Made by a program: the position numbers and the translations under genes. Below are positions 29,635 to 38,828 of a DNA stretch of 64,000 nt, one piece after another. The stretch is from Bacilli bacterium. GTDB lineage: Bacteria > Bacillota_I > Bacilli_A > RF39 > UBA660. Numbering within the stretch: the first letter of the stretch is position 1; each line of letters starts with the position of its first letter. The notes under the pieces were generated by a model. That model made no database searches. It was not told the DNA's origin and saw only the letters and a list, made by a program, of their open reading frames with translations. The stretch covers positions 10,401 through 74,400 of the forward strand of contig JAFYER010000009.1 of assembly GCA_017544165.1 (NCBI GenBank). The letters run 5' to 3'.

Positions 29635-30310
29635 ATGCGCTTTGATTAACATATACTTTAACTGTTAATGTGATGCCTGGGTCTGTAGGATTTGTACTAT
29701 AGTATGTATAAGCTTCTTTTCCCCAATAAGTATCCGCATCATCATCTCCCGACTCATATGGCCAGTGGACAGTTACCGTAAAATTTGATGTGCTTGTAGC
29801 ATTATTGATAATTTCTGATAATGAAGCGCTTGATAAGGCAAAAGTTATTGTAAAAGGATAGTCGGTTGCTAACTTTGTCTCTAATTGGGCTGATGTTAAA
29901 TCATCTTGCTCTATCTGCTCACCGGCATCTGTCCTTCCCTCCTCGGTTACATAAGTATCGCTAAATATTCTTGCCTCCAAAATTTTATATGTAATATCGG
30001 CCGCAACTTCACTCGCATTTTCTATTGTTAATGTATCTGTATAATCGGTCATTCCTGGATAAACTGATGAGACACTAACACTAAAATAGTCAGATACCGA
30101 TGTTTGACCAGATTGAAATAATACATTCCAAGCTCTTACATGAACATCAATACTAGTTGAAACTTTGCTAGAATATACAAACCAAGCATAAGTATTTCCT
30201 ACAAGTAGTATTATCAAAAACACTATTTGATGAGGTTTTAAAATCTTTTTTAAGTTTTTAAGAATTATCCGTAGCTTTTTCTTCTTCATCGCCATCTTCC
30301 TCGTCTTCAA
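29633..30310 (-). CDS. SipW-type-signal TasA/CalY-like subunit
   Basis: NTYA/WF, RAWNVLF, VYPG, C-terminal HWPYESGDDDADT. Confidence 0.75.
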   Translation of the reverse strand: MKTRKMAMKKKKLRIILKNLKKILKPHQIVFLIILLVGNTYAWFVYSSKVSTSIDVHVRAWNVLFQSGQTSVSDYFSVSVSSVYPGMTDYTDTLTIENASEVAADITYKILEARIFSDTYVTEEGRTDAGEQIEQDDLTSAQLETKLATDYPFTITFALSSASLSEIINNATSTSNFTVTVHWPYESGDDDADTYWGKEAYTYYSTNPTDPGITLTVKVYVNQSA

Positions 30311-30854
30311 ATTGAATTTTTACGATTTGATAAGATGCAAATAAGCCAACTATTGTAAATAAAGCATAATATGAATAAATATTACTCATGAGTCTACCAA
30401 AGTAGCTGAATACTACAGTTTTATAAACAACTTTACCATATATTTGTGAATAAGCTATTTCCGGATCTTCAACTTCATTTGAGGTTCCCTTAGTTACATA
30501 ATAATAATCATTATTATCTTTTCTTATTGAAACGATTTTATGGGTAATTATTAATCCATTTAAATTGCTTTTTTGGCCAATATATGTAACATTATCGCCA
30601 ACTTTTAATTTGGAAGCCTCTTCTTCTTTGATAATGATAATATCCCCGATTGAATATTCATCTTTCATAGATTCAGATGCAACGCTAAATACTCGATAAC
30701 CCATAATTGCTTTGTTATTAAAAAACTTTTGAATTAAAACAACAGCTAAAGCAATTGCTAAAAAAATAGAAAATAAAACTTTTACTATTTTACAAAAAAT
30801 ATATAAAGCTTTATTATTTTCAATCTTTGACTTGATTTCTTTTAATTTTTTCAT
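30258..30854 (-). CDS. sipW: Signal peptidase I, SipW/ER type
   Basis: VASESM (Ser), GDIII, ITHKIV (His), YVTKGTSNEVED; TM helices at both ends. Confidence 0.85.
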   Translation of the reverse strand: MKKLKEIKSKIENNKALYIFCKIVKVLFSIFLAIALAVVLIQKFFNNKAIMGYRVFSVASESMKDEYSIGDIIIIKEEEASKLKVGDNVTYIGQKSNLNGLIITHKIVSIRKDNNDYYYVTKGTSNEVEDPEIAYSQIYGKVVYKTVVFSYFGRLMSNIYSYYALFTIVGLFASYQIVKIQFEDEEDGDEEEKATDNS

Positions 30855-30856
30855 TT

Positions 30857-31987
30857 TTAACTCCTAAAATCAAAGGTAACTATTCTACTAATAGCACTTT
30901 GAATCTTAACATTGATTTTTTGTTGAATCTCCTCAAGTGAAGCTTCCTTTTTATTCCTAATAACAGCTATTCTGTCACCAATAATCTTTTGTAATTCTTC
31001 CATCGGCAAATCAGAGTTAAGTTCAACAATTTTTGTTATCATATTATTCGTTAAATTTTCAACAACTTCCCTATTCTTTTCAGATTTTAATTGCTCCTTA
31101 TTTTCGCCGAGGCTATTAACAATTAAATAGTTAAGTAAGAAAACATCATCAAACATTGCTTTAACTTTAACATTTTCTTTTATTGTGGAACTACTCTTAG
31201 TAGTCTTATTACCATTATCGATATAAGTTTGCAAGAAATCCCATAACTTCATTGCATATTGAAAGTTGGTATTTTTTAAAATTAAGTTTGTTTTCTTAAT
31301 TGGCGGAATTACTCTTGCAACATTGGCTTTATCAAGCATTTTATATACATCAGTTCTTGTTAAATCAGAAATTTGTAATTCAAGTTTATCAATTCTTTGT
31401 TCAACAGACAAATCGTTATTTCTTCCATACTCCGAAGTAACATTTGACCTTGAAGCAAGAGAAACATTAATATCAACTGTTTCAGAACCTACTCTTGAAG
31501 AACCGTGATACTCACTTTTTTTAGTATCCTTAGTAAAAGATTTTGTTACTAAGTCCCTTTTTCGCATAGAAATAAAAAGTTGCATGTTTTTTATAAGAGT
31601 ATATATTAACCTATTTTCATAAGTATTATAGTTTTCATCTTTGTTGATATTTAATATTTTTGAAGGCTTAACATCGCCATTTTTTTCAATTTTTTGTATC
31701 ATACTGGTGTTTCTAGCTAGATGTTTGATACTTTCAACGGTTACTCTTCTTGCTTTTTCAATATTTACTACTTCTTCTTCGTTAATGATAAAACGATTGG
31801 GATTTCGTAAAATATTATCAATATATACAATGGTTTCTTCCATAAGTTCAAGCCACTCAAAATTTGTTTCAAATGACTCAACATTGGTACTAACAGTAAA
31901 CTCTGAACGAACACTATTATTAAAAGAATTGATTTTATTTGTACTAGTCTTGGTATATAAATCTAATACCTTTAATTCGTTATTCAT
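30857..31987 (-). CDS. DUF2357/McrC-like protein lacking an evident nuclease domain
   Basis: ESIKHLAR, ENYNTYENRLIYTLI, KKTNLILKNTNFQYAMKLW follow the DUF2357 pattern; the helical C-terminus has no PD-(D/E)XK motif. Confidence 0.7.
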   Translation of the reverse strand: MNNELKVLDLYTKTSTNKINSFNNSVRSEFTVSTNVESFETNFEWLELMEETIVYIDNILRNPNRFIINEEEVVNIEKARRVTVESIKHLARNTSMIQKIEKNGDVKPSKILNINKDENYNTYENRLIYTLIKNMQLFISMRKRDLVTKSFTKDTKKSEYHGSSRVGSETVDINVSLASRSNVTSEYGRNNDLSVEQRIDKLELQISDLTRTDVYKMLDKANVARVIPPIKKTNLILKNTNFQYAMKLWDFLQTYIDNGNKTTKSSSTIKENVKVKAMFDDVFLLNYLIVNSLGENKEQLKSEKNREVVENLTNNMITKIVELNSDLPMEELQKIIGDRIAVIRNKKEASLEEIQQKINVKIQSAISRIVTFDFRS

Positions 31988-31997
31988 TGTTTACTCC

Positions 31998-33533
31998 CTA
32001 AGACATTTTCTTAAGTCTTAAAAGAGTTTCAATGCATTCGTGCATTTTGTCTTTACCGAATGTTTTATCCAAAAATTCAATAAAACCATCGATTTCATCT
32101 CTTATATAGGAAATATTTAATTGTTCAAATTTTCTTAAAATCTTTTTAGCAATGAAATAATCTACACCATCAATTTCATCGCCGCCGCAGGCTACATAAA
32201 CCGGAACAAACTTTCTCATATGGGCAACAATACGGTTACCAAACGCGATTCTGAAATGTGATATTACATAATCATCCATTTCATTGATTTTATTTAAAGT
32301 ATCTTCCTTAATTGGATTTGCATCCATTGCTTCTTTAAACTTCTTATTTAAATATGTAAAGTTAACATCTTGTGCCTCGGTATCTTCTGGGGTAAATACT
32401 TTACCTTTATCGTTAATATCAATTGGCATAGCCCGGTCATAAACCTTATCAGTTACGGCAAATGTTGAGTCATCGTTATTGATTGTTCCAATATACCAAA
32501 CGTTTTCAGGAATTTTGATTTTACCATTGATAAGTCGTTTAGGATCACTCTTCCAAGAAGATGCAACAACTTCAATAATCCATTCATCTTTATTAGGCAT
32601 TTCAAGAATAGATAACATTTCCGCAAAATAATACTCAACTCTGGAAATGTTCATTTCATCAAGTATTACTGTATAAATATCATCGGTATAACCAGCTTCA
32701 TACAAAACTTTTAAAATATCCGTTTCATTAAATTTCTTAGTAAATTCGTTAAAATATCCGAAAAGCTCAGATCTATCACGCCAAGATGGTTGAACTGAAG
32801 CAACACAAGAATCATGTTTTAAAAACTTTCCCCATGCATAAGCAAGTGAAGTTTTACCTGTTCCAGAAATACCTTGTAGAATAACAAGTTTTGTACTAGC
32901 AAGGGCTGCAACATATAATCTAATCATATCAGTTGTATAATATAATCCTAATTTACTTGCGGCGAAATTTCTAAATAATTCAACAAATTCTGGTAATTCA
33001 AAAGAATTGCCATATTCTTGAATTTTATAATCAGCATAAGCTATATCAACATCATTAAGTTTAGAAAATCTAATATCAGTAGTTTGATCAACTGAAGATT
33101 CTCCCTCTTGCCCTTCAACTTCTTCAGTTTCATTTTCAGTAGGTTTTAATCCTAAATGGGATACTTTCATTGCTAGAATCTCTTCTTTTTCTTGGACTAA
33201 AGAAGCAACTTTATTATTTAAGGTTGATATTTCGGCAAGCATAGATTCTTGCTCTACTAATGTCTTTCTAAAACGAATATATTTTCTCAATAAAAAGATA
33301 ATTAAAAGAACAAATGCCACTATTAAAGCAATAAGTATCGCAGCAGCAATACCAAATAATATCCATTCTCCAATACCAAAATCTGATTTATAATTACCAA
33401 CAATTTTTAAATATTGTTTAATGCCAAACATCTTAGCAATTCCATTAATAATTCCTAAAATAATAGCCTTAATACCAGAGAAAAATTGAGCTAAAAATTC
33501 ATATAAAAATGTAAAAAATGTATTCATATACAC
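31998..33533 (-). CDS. McrB-like AAA+ GTPase with N-terminal membrane helices
   Basis: GISGTGKT, VQPSWRDRSELFGYFN, ILDEMN.SRVEYYFA, signature GTINNDDST, DKVYDRA; TM segment WILFGIAAAILIALIVAFVLLIIFLL plus a coiled coil. Confidence 0.85.
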   Translation of the reverse strand: MYMNTFFTFLYEFLAQFFSGIKAIILGIINGIAKMFGIKQYLKIVGNYKSDFGIGEWILFGIAAAILIALIVAFVLLIIFLLRKYIRFRKTLVEQESMLAEISTLNNKVASLVQEKEEILAMKVSHLGLKPTENETEEVEGQEGESSVDQTTDIRFSKLNDVDIAYADYKIQEYGNSFELPEFVELFRNFAASKLGLYYTTDMIRLYVAALASTKLVILQGISGTGKTSLAYAWGKFLKHDSCVASVQPSWRDRSELFGYFNEFTKKFNETDILKVLYEAGYTDDIYTVILDEMNISRVEYYFAEMLSILEMPNKDEWIIEVVASSWKSDPKRLINGKIKIPENVWYIGTINNDDSTFAVTDKVYDRAMPIDINDKGKVFTPEDTEAQDVNFTYLNKKFKEAMDANPIKEDTLNKINEMDDYVISHFRIAFGNRIVAHMRKFVPVYVACGGDEIDGVDYFIAKKILRKFEQLNISYIRDEIDGFIEFLDKTFGKDKMHECIETLLRLKKMS

Positions 33534-33534
33534 C

Positions 33535-34494
33535 TCATTGACTAATTATTTTTGTATTTATATTATCCTTATTCTCTATTACTATATCATAATATTCATA
33601 TTTTTCATATATAAAAACATAAGAAAATATATCTAATATTTTCAAATTTTCATCGTAAGTTTCATCAAGCACAATAGCAACATTAAATCCATTGTTGATA
33701 AATGTGTTGATTTTATCCTTATTTTTCATATAAGTTGCATAATTAAATCTAAAATGAACTCTAGGTTTAACAACCTTATTATCAAGCACTTTAGTATATT
33801 TATTAATTTTCTTTTCTTTAGCAAATAAAGATTCAGGAAAATCAACAATGTATTGCTCACTAAAATTTAATTCAATTGTATTTTTTAAAATATAACCAGA
33901 AAGCATTAAATATAATAAATATTGCTTGTTTTCCAAAACAGTGCCACTATTATAAGCTTTATCGATAGCCCAATCACTATATATCGGAGATAATTTACAA
34001 TTTTGTTTAATCTCCACTTTTTTAACATTTCTAGCAACTCTTTTTAAATCAATATTAAAATTTTTATCTTCGTAAATTGCAAAGAAATCTTTTCTAGCTT
34101 TAATAAAATCACTGATTGCACTTTTTAATTCTTCTTGTTTCTCACTTGTTAGGTTTATATCATCTCCAATTGTTTTAATAAGTGAATTTAAACTGTCATA
34201 CTCACTGCAATCATCAATATATAAAATGTACCCAAATAAAGTAAAAATCTCTTTTACTTCATTTTCTAGAGCACTTTCTTCATTAATTATTCCTTTTGCA
34301 ACATTTTTAAGTTCAGCATTTAACTTATTAATAAAACTATAACCCCTACTATAAACACTATTATTGTAATATCTTACATCAACGTATTTTTCAATAAAGG
34401 GCATTAATAATTTTTTATCATAACCATTACCTAGAATAATTCGGTAGTAATTTAATAAAAAACTTTCAAAATATTTTATATAATTTTCTATCAT
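33535..34494 (-). CDS. Hypothetical protein, C-terminal half resembling a degenerate EAL domain
   Basis: YIVDFPESLF...PRVHFRFNY...FINNGFNVAIVLDE...LDIFSYVFI parallels the EAL beta/alpha pattern (svNls...rlvlEitE...G..iAlDDFG...vd.iKiD) with catalytic residues lost. Confidence 0.45.
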   Translation of the reverse strand: MIENYIKYFESFLLNYYRIILGNGYDKKLLMPFIEKYVDVRYYNNSVYSRGYSFINKLNAELKNVAKGIINEESALENEVKEIFTLFGYILYIDDCSEYDSLNSLIKTIGDDINLTSEKQEELKSAISDFIKARKDFFAIYEDKNFNIDLKRVARNVKKVEIKQNCKLSPIYSDWAIDKAYNSGTVLENKQYLLYLMLSGYILKNTIELNFSEQYIVDFPESLFAKEKKINKYTKVLDNKVVKPRVHFRFNYATYMKNKDKINTFINNGFNVAIVLDETYDENLKILDIFSYVFIYEKYEYYDIVIENKDNINTKIISQ

Positions 34495-34502
34495 AAATCC
34501 TC

Positions 34503-35435
34503 CTATAAAGCATTAAATGTAATTATCGACGGATCATTTTCATGCGGGAACGTATAATTTTGTGAAACATCCAACTTGTAAAATCTAATAACATTACTAC
34601 TCATCGGATCGACATCAAACGTGATTGATGATATATAGGCTACACCATTAACAGTAGTAGTTGTATATGTCGCAGAATTAAGTAAATTGCTCGTTGTGTC
34701 GATAATGACATCTGTTGGATCAAATGTTAATGTTATCCTAGCTGAATAACATTTTGCCTTCTCCGCTGCGCTTAAAGCCATATATTCATCAACTGTAAAA
34801 GAATGATTAAGCTCATAAGTTCCAAAAGCCTCACCAGCAATATAATTATCTCTAGCATTTGTTATTGTCATATTTAAATAAGGTCTATTAATTTCGTCTT
34901 CAATATCATAAGAAATGCCTTGTCTTCCTACAGTTATTACATAATATGCTTTTAATTCTTTGACATATGGAGCTGATGAAGTAGCCGTAACAGTAATTGT
35001 TACAGATTCCCCAGAGTTAAATACCCTTTGAGGTGTAATAATAGCTTCATAACTATCAGTCATTTCATCAGTATAAATAGTTCCTGATACAGTAGTTATT
35101 GTACTAGTAACACCAGTCGGAGTTTGAACAGTTACTGTATAATCAATATCACTAGCACTAACTAAAAGATTATTCTTATGGTTATTTAAAGAAAATTGAA
35201 TTTTAAAATTACTTACACCACTCCAATTATTGGCATGATATGTAATCGCAGGACTAGCAAGCTTATCACTGCTGAAGTAAAAGTCATTCATTTCAATTAA
35301 ATAATCACCAATAAAGTCATGAACATATTTTGAAAAAGTTATTCCCACAGGAATAAGCATTAATAATATAAACATTATTAACAAAAGTTTTATTCTTTTT
35401 CTTATATTAAACTTAAATGCCTTTTTATTTATCAT
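34503..35435 (-). CDS. SipW-type-signal surface protein (two-domain minor subunit)
   Basis: Basic N-terminus, hydrophobic helix, ITFS/KY, FYFSSDKL; Thr-rich beta sequence. Confidence 0.7.
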   Translation of the reverse strand: MINKKAFKFNIRKRIKLLLIMFILLMLIPVGITFSKYVHDFIGDYLIEMNDFYFSSDKLASPAITYHANNWSGVSNFKIQFSLNNHKNNLLVSASDIDYTVTVQTPTGVTSTITTVSGTIYTDEMTDSYEAIITPQRVFNSGESVTITVTATSSAPYVKELKAYYVITVGRQGISYDIEDEINRPYLNMTITNARDNYIAGEAFGTYELNHSFTVDEYMALSAAEKAKCYSARITLTFDPTDVIIDTTSNLLNSATYTTTTVNGVAYISSITFDVDPMSSNVIRFYKLDVSQNYTFPHENDPSIITFNAL

Positions 35436-35471
35436 ACTGCACCTATTGTAATTTTATCAAATTAATAAAAA

Positions 35472-36068
35472 TTAAACAACTTGTTCTGCAGTAATAATTA
35501 CACTTAATAACTCAATTTTTCCTTGATAATCATCAGGAAAATCTTTATACGCTATAGGATATTCAACAACAATTATATAATAGTCTTGTTCATTTGCTGT
35601 GTAATGAAATTGATAATCTTGGGTTGTATTATAATCTTTGTAATAAACATCATCATCAGTTCGATAACTTGATGATGTTATAATATTTGTCGCATTGGCG
35701 CTATAAGGCTCGTTGCGAAGAAGTTTAATATTTATTGGTAAATTAGTAGTCGTTTCTATTGTGACATGATAAGATAAATCAACTTGCGTGCGCATAGTTT
35801 GATTGAAATTTTTAACGTCAACACGAAATCTATATGGTTCTACGGAAGGTTCTAAGCCCTCGAGCGCAATTGAACCACTATAAGATCCTTGCTCAACCAA
35901 AAAAACTGCAATACTTGATTGAATATCCATATTAGCTACTGATTGATATCTTGAATATGAGATATCAACAAGATTTACTATTAAAAGGACACACAAAACC
36001 AAAATTGTTAATTTAAGAGCAATTCCAAATCTTTTTCTATCAAATTTTGCTAGAAACTTTCCTTTCAT
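35472..36068 (-). CDS. SipW-type-signal TasA-like subunit
   Basis: ISYS/RYQS after a hydrophobic helix; GLEP; C-terminal IITAEQVV. Confidence 0.7.
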   Translation of the reverse strand: MKGKFLAKFDRKRFGIALKLTILVLCVLLIVNLVDISYSRYQSVANMDIQSSIAVFLVEQGSYSGSIALEGLEPSVEPYRFRVDVKNFNQTMRTQVDLSYHVTIETTTNLPINIKLLRNEPYSANATNIITSSSYRTDDDVYYKDYNTTQDYQFHYTANEQDYYIIVVEYPIAYKDFPDDYQGKIELLSVIITAEQVV

Positions 36069-36796
36069 TGTTTATCCTTATCTAATTTTGACTTAATCTC
36101 TTTTTGAATACTAGCTAAATCTAAACCGATTGTATATTCCAATTCTTTTTTTTCTTCGTCGTTTTTAACGGAAACAACCTTTTCATAAATTGCTTTGAGT
36201 TCATCTTTACTTATCTTATTAATATCAATTTTATCTTTAGATTCTTCTTTTGATACTTTTGTTAATTTTGCTATTTTTGGTAATTTTGATTCTTTTGGTT
36301 CCTTTTTCTCTTTTTTGAATCCTTTATATGAAAAAGCAAAATCGAATAAAATTAGCGTTAGAAAAATCAATATAATAACTTTTGGCGAAGTTAGTATTTT
36401 TTGCCAAATGCCCGCATCAGCATAAACTTTAACTACTTTTCCAAGTACCGCATTTTTATTAATCGCTAAATCATTAGCGTTATTTGCATCACCTTTAGTT
36501 ATAATATTATTGTCATTTATTGTAACAACTCTATGAGTAATATATGAACCATCTTTTTCAAATGTAATAATATCATCAACATCGTATTTAACATTCATTT
36601 GAACAACAATGATATCATTTTGTTTAATTGTTGGTTCCATACTTCCGGTAGCAACATTAAATACAGAATATCCAAACACTTCAAAATAATCTTTTTTACT
36701 AATCATCATTTTTACTTTGGCAAATATCATAATTGCTAAAAGTACAAAGACGCATATAGTTAAAACATTAATAATGATTTCTGCTACCTTTCTCAT
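36065..36796 (-). CDS. sipW: Signal peptidase I, SipW/ER type, with charged cytoplasmic C-terminal tail
   Basis: VATGSMEPTI (Ser), DDIITF, ITHRVV (His), TKGDANNAND. Confidence 0.92.
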   Translation of the reverse strand: MRKVAEIIINVLTICVFVLLAIMIFAKVKMMISKKDYFEVFGYSVFNVATGSMEPTIKQNDIIVVQMNVKYDVDDIITFEKDGSYITHRVVTINDNNIITKGDANNANDLAINKNAVLGKVVKVYADAGIWQKILTSPKVIILIFLTLILFDFAFSYKGFKKEKKEPKESKLPKIAKLTKVSKEESKDKIDINKISKDELKAIYEKVVSVKNDEEKKELEYTIGLDLASIQKEIKSKLDKDKQ

Positions 36797-36813
36797 ATTT
36801 TTTTACCTCTTTT

Positions 36814-37425
36814 TTATTCTCCTACATATGGTACTATCGTTTCTCCTAAATACTGTACAACCGTAATTTCGGCTGGTATAGTTATATTATTGTTGGGCGT
36901 TAATCCAAGCTCAGTATCATGTTCATCATAAGCACTATTATCAAGCCATTCAACCACAATTCTAAGCGTCGCAACATCCCCATTTTCAATTTCTGATAAA
37001 TCAAGCACACCGGAATATGTACTTTCTCCTGTCCTAATTGCTGAACCATTATTGGTGTCTACATAGTATGTAATATTATCGCCATAATCTTCTTCCATAT
37101 CAAGTGTTATATCATATCTAATAGAAACATCTGATCCATCAGGGTCGATGATAACTTCAAAATAACCTGATCTACCAGGAGCAATTACGCCATTTGCAAT
37201 ATGTGAACTATTACTATATGTAAAATTATTGGCATTAAAACTGATTGTTTCTCCCGATGATATATCGACACTATTTAATCTAATTACCCAACTTCCAATA
37301 TCGAGGTTGGCAGTACCATTAGTAATCGTTTCATAAACTGCATATGTCGATGAGACACAATATATAAGTGCCATCGCAACAACAAATAGTACTATATATA
37401 ATATTATTTTTACTCTAGATTTCAT
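36814..37425 (-). CDS. SipW-type-signal TasA/CalY-like subunit
   Basis: STYA/VY, GSWVIRLN, GVIAPGRSGYFEVIID; clear paralogue of 29024..29602. Confidence 0.75.
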   Translation of the reverse strand: MKSRVKIILYIVLFVVAMALIYCVSSTYAVYETITNGTANLDIGSWVIRLNSVDISSGETISFNANNFTYSNSSHIANGVIAPGRSGYFEVIIDPDGSDVSIRYDITLDMEEDYGDNITYYVDTNNGSAIRTGESTYSGVLDLSEIENGDVATLRIVVEWLDNSAYDEHDTELGLTPNNNITIPAEITVVQYLGETIVPYVGE

Positions 37426-37985
37426 TAATCATCGTTTTCTTCAGCTTCAGCTAATTCTTTAGCTGATTTCTTCTTTACTTCAACGGCAATAGTATATACT
37501 TCATAAACAAAAGCATAAAGTGTTGGTAATATTATTAAGAACATAAAGCCCCATCTAGATTCTAATAATCCTAGTAAAAGTCCTAATTTTTTAATTCTAA
37601 GTGCGCCATTAGCAAGTCCTAATATATCGCCATATGAAACTTTGTCATCCGCAAAATAGAATGAATCTTCTGCACCATCGGCTCTTTCCGCTCTTTCGAT
37701 GATACTATAGTTTATAAAACTTTTAGTTTCTATATTACCAGCAGAGTAAAATACGCCACTGCCTTCCGTATATTCTTTTTCTAACCCTTTTGTGACGATG
37801 ATAATATCGTGTTTATTAAAACCAAACTCCTCTAAGGAACGATTGTCGACTATAAATAATGATGTATCACCAAATTCACTAATACCATATTCGTTTGACG
37901 AAAGCAAACAAACTGTTGTAAATATAGCAATTATAACCCAAATTCCTATAAGAATTTCCTTAAAAAAGTTTATTATACTCTTCAT
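37425..37985 (-). CDS. Degenerate SipW-like signal peptidase paralogue
   Basis: Same topology as SipW (TM, FGDTSLFIVDNRSL, HDIIIV, C-terminal GFMFLIILP TM) but the ITHR and TKGD motifs are missing. Confidence 0.6.
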   Translation of the reverse strand: MKSIINFFKEILIGIWVIIAIFTTVCLLSSNEYGISEFGDTSLFIVDNRSLEEFGFNKHDIIIVTKGLEKEYTEGSGVFYSAGNIETKSFINYSIIERAERADGAEDSFYFADDKVSYGDILGLANGALRIKKLGLLLGLLESRWGFMFLIILPTLYAFVYEVYTIAVEVKKKSAKELAEAEENDD

Positions 37986-38050
37986 ACTATCACCAATTTA
38001 TATGATAGCATAAAAAAAAACAATTGTAAAATAAAAGAACTAGTTAAAAA

Positions 38051-38827
38051 TTAGTTCTTTTTCTTTAATTTACCCGTATCTTCATTTAATTTTTTGACAT
38101 TAATTTCGCCAAAGCCGACTTCAATTATTGAATCGCGAAGAATATCTGCTTTTTTAATATTAATATCGCCAAAATCATTATTGATATTGATATATTTTTT
38201 TACATAATCGACATTCATATCAAGCAATGTACTATTTGAAAATAAATTATCTACTTCATCAATTTTTAGTCTTCCCCAAAAACTATAAATATATGCATTT
38301 GCGACTTTTCCAATATTAATACTTCCCCTTCGTGATTTTACTTTTACTACTTTTGCTTCTTTAACACTTATATTTCCAAGTTTACTTGTAATAGCCATCG
38401 TAGTATTTGGAAAGTTTTCAATATTAATATGGCCATGTCTATTACTTATCGTCATATAATCTTTAAAAGTACTTGGAGCAGTTATCTCAATTACATTCAT
38501 TTTGCAAAAAAAGCATCCTTCATAGTTTTCAACTTTCATCGATAATTTCCCATTATATGCTTTTAATTGAATGTTTTTACGATTAGATAATACTTTAACT
38601 TTTATAGTATCTTCATTACCATTTTTTATATTGATAATAGCATTATCGACATCAATATATATTGTATCAATATCTTCATATTTTTCATTATAAAGTTTAG
38701 TGCTACTTTTCTTACCAAAAAACATTTTATTAGTAAAATGAAAAGGTTTATAATTATTAATTATTCCAAGAATAATAAGTATAATTATTATAATTATGGA
38801 AAGTATTATAATTATTCTTTTCTTCAT
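38051..38827 (-). CDS. DUF4097-like beta-strand-repeat membrane-anchored protein
   Basis: N-terminal TM; repeated S..G.I.I motifs (RHGHINI, KLGNISV, RRGSINI, DFGDINI). Confidence 0.7.
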   Translation of the reverse strand: MKKRIIIILSIIIIIILIILGIINNYKPFHFTNKMFFGKKSSTKLYNEKYEDIDTIYIDVDNAIINIKNGNEDTIKVKVLSNRKNIQLKAYNGKLSMKVENYEGCFFCKMNVIEITAPSTFKDYMTISNRHGHINIENFPNTTMAITSKLGNISVKEAKVVKVKSRRGSINIGKVANAYIYSFWGRLKIDEVDNLFSNSTLLDMNVDYVKKYININNDFGDINIKKADILRDSIIEVGFGEINVKKLNEDTGKLKKKN

Positions 38828-38828
38828 A

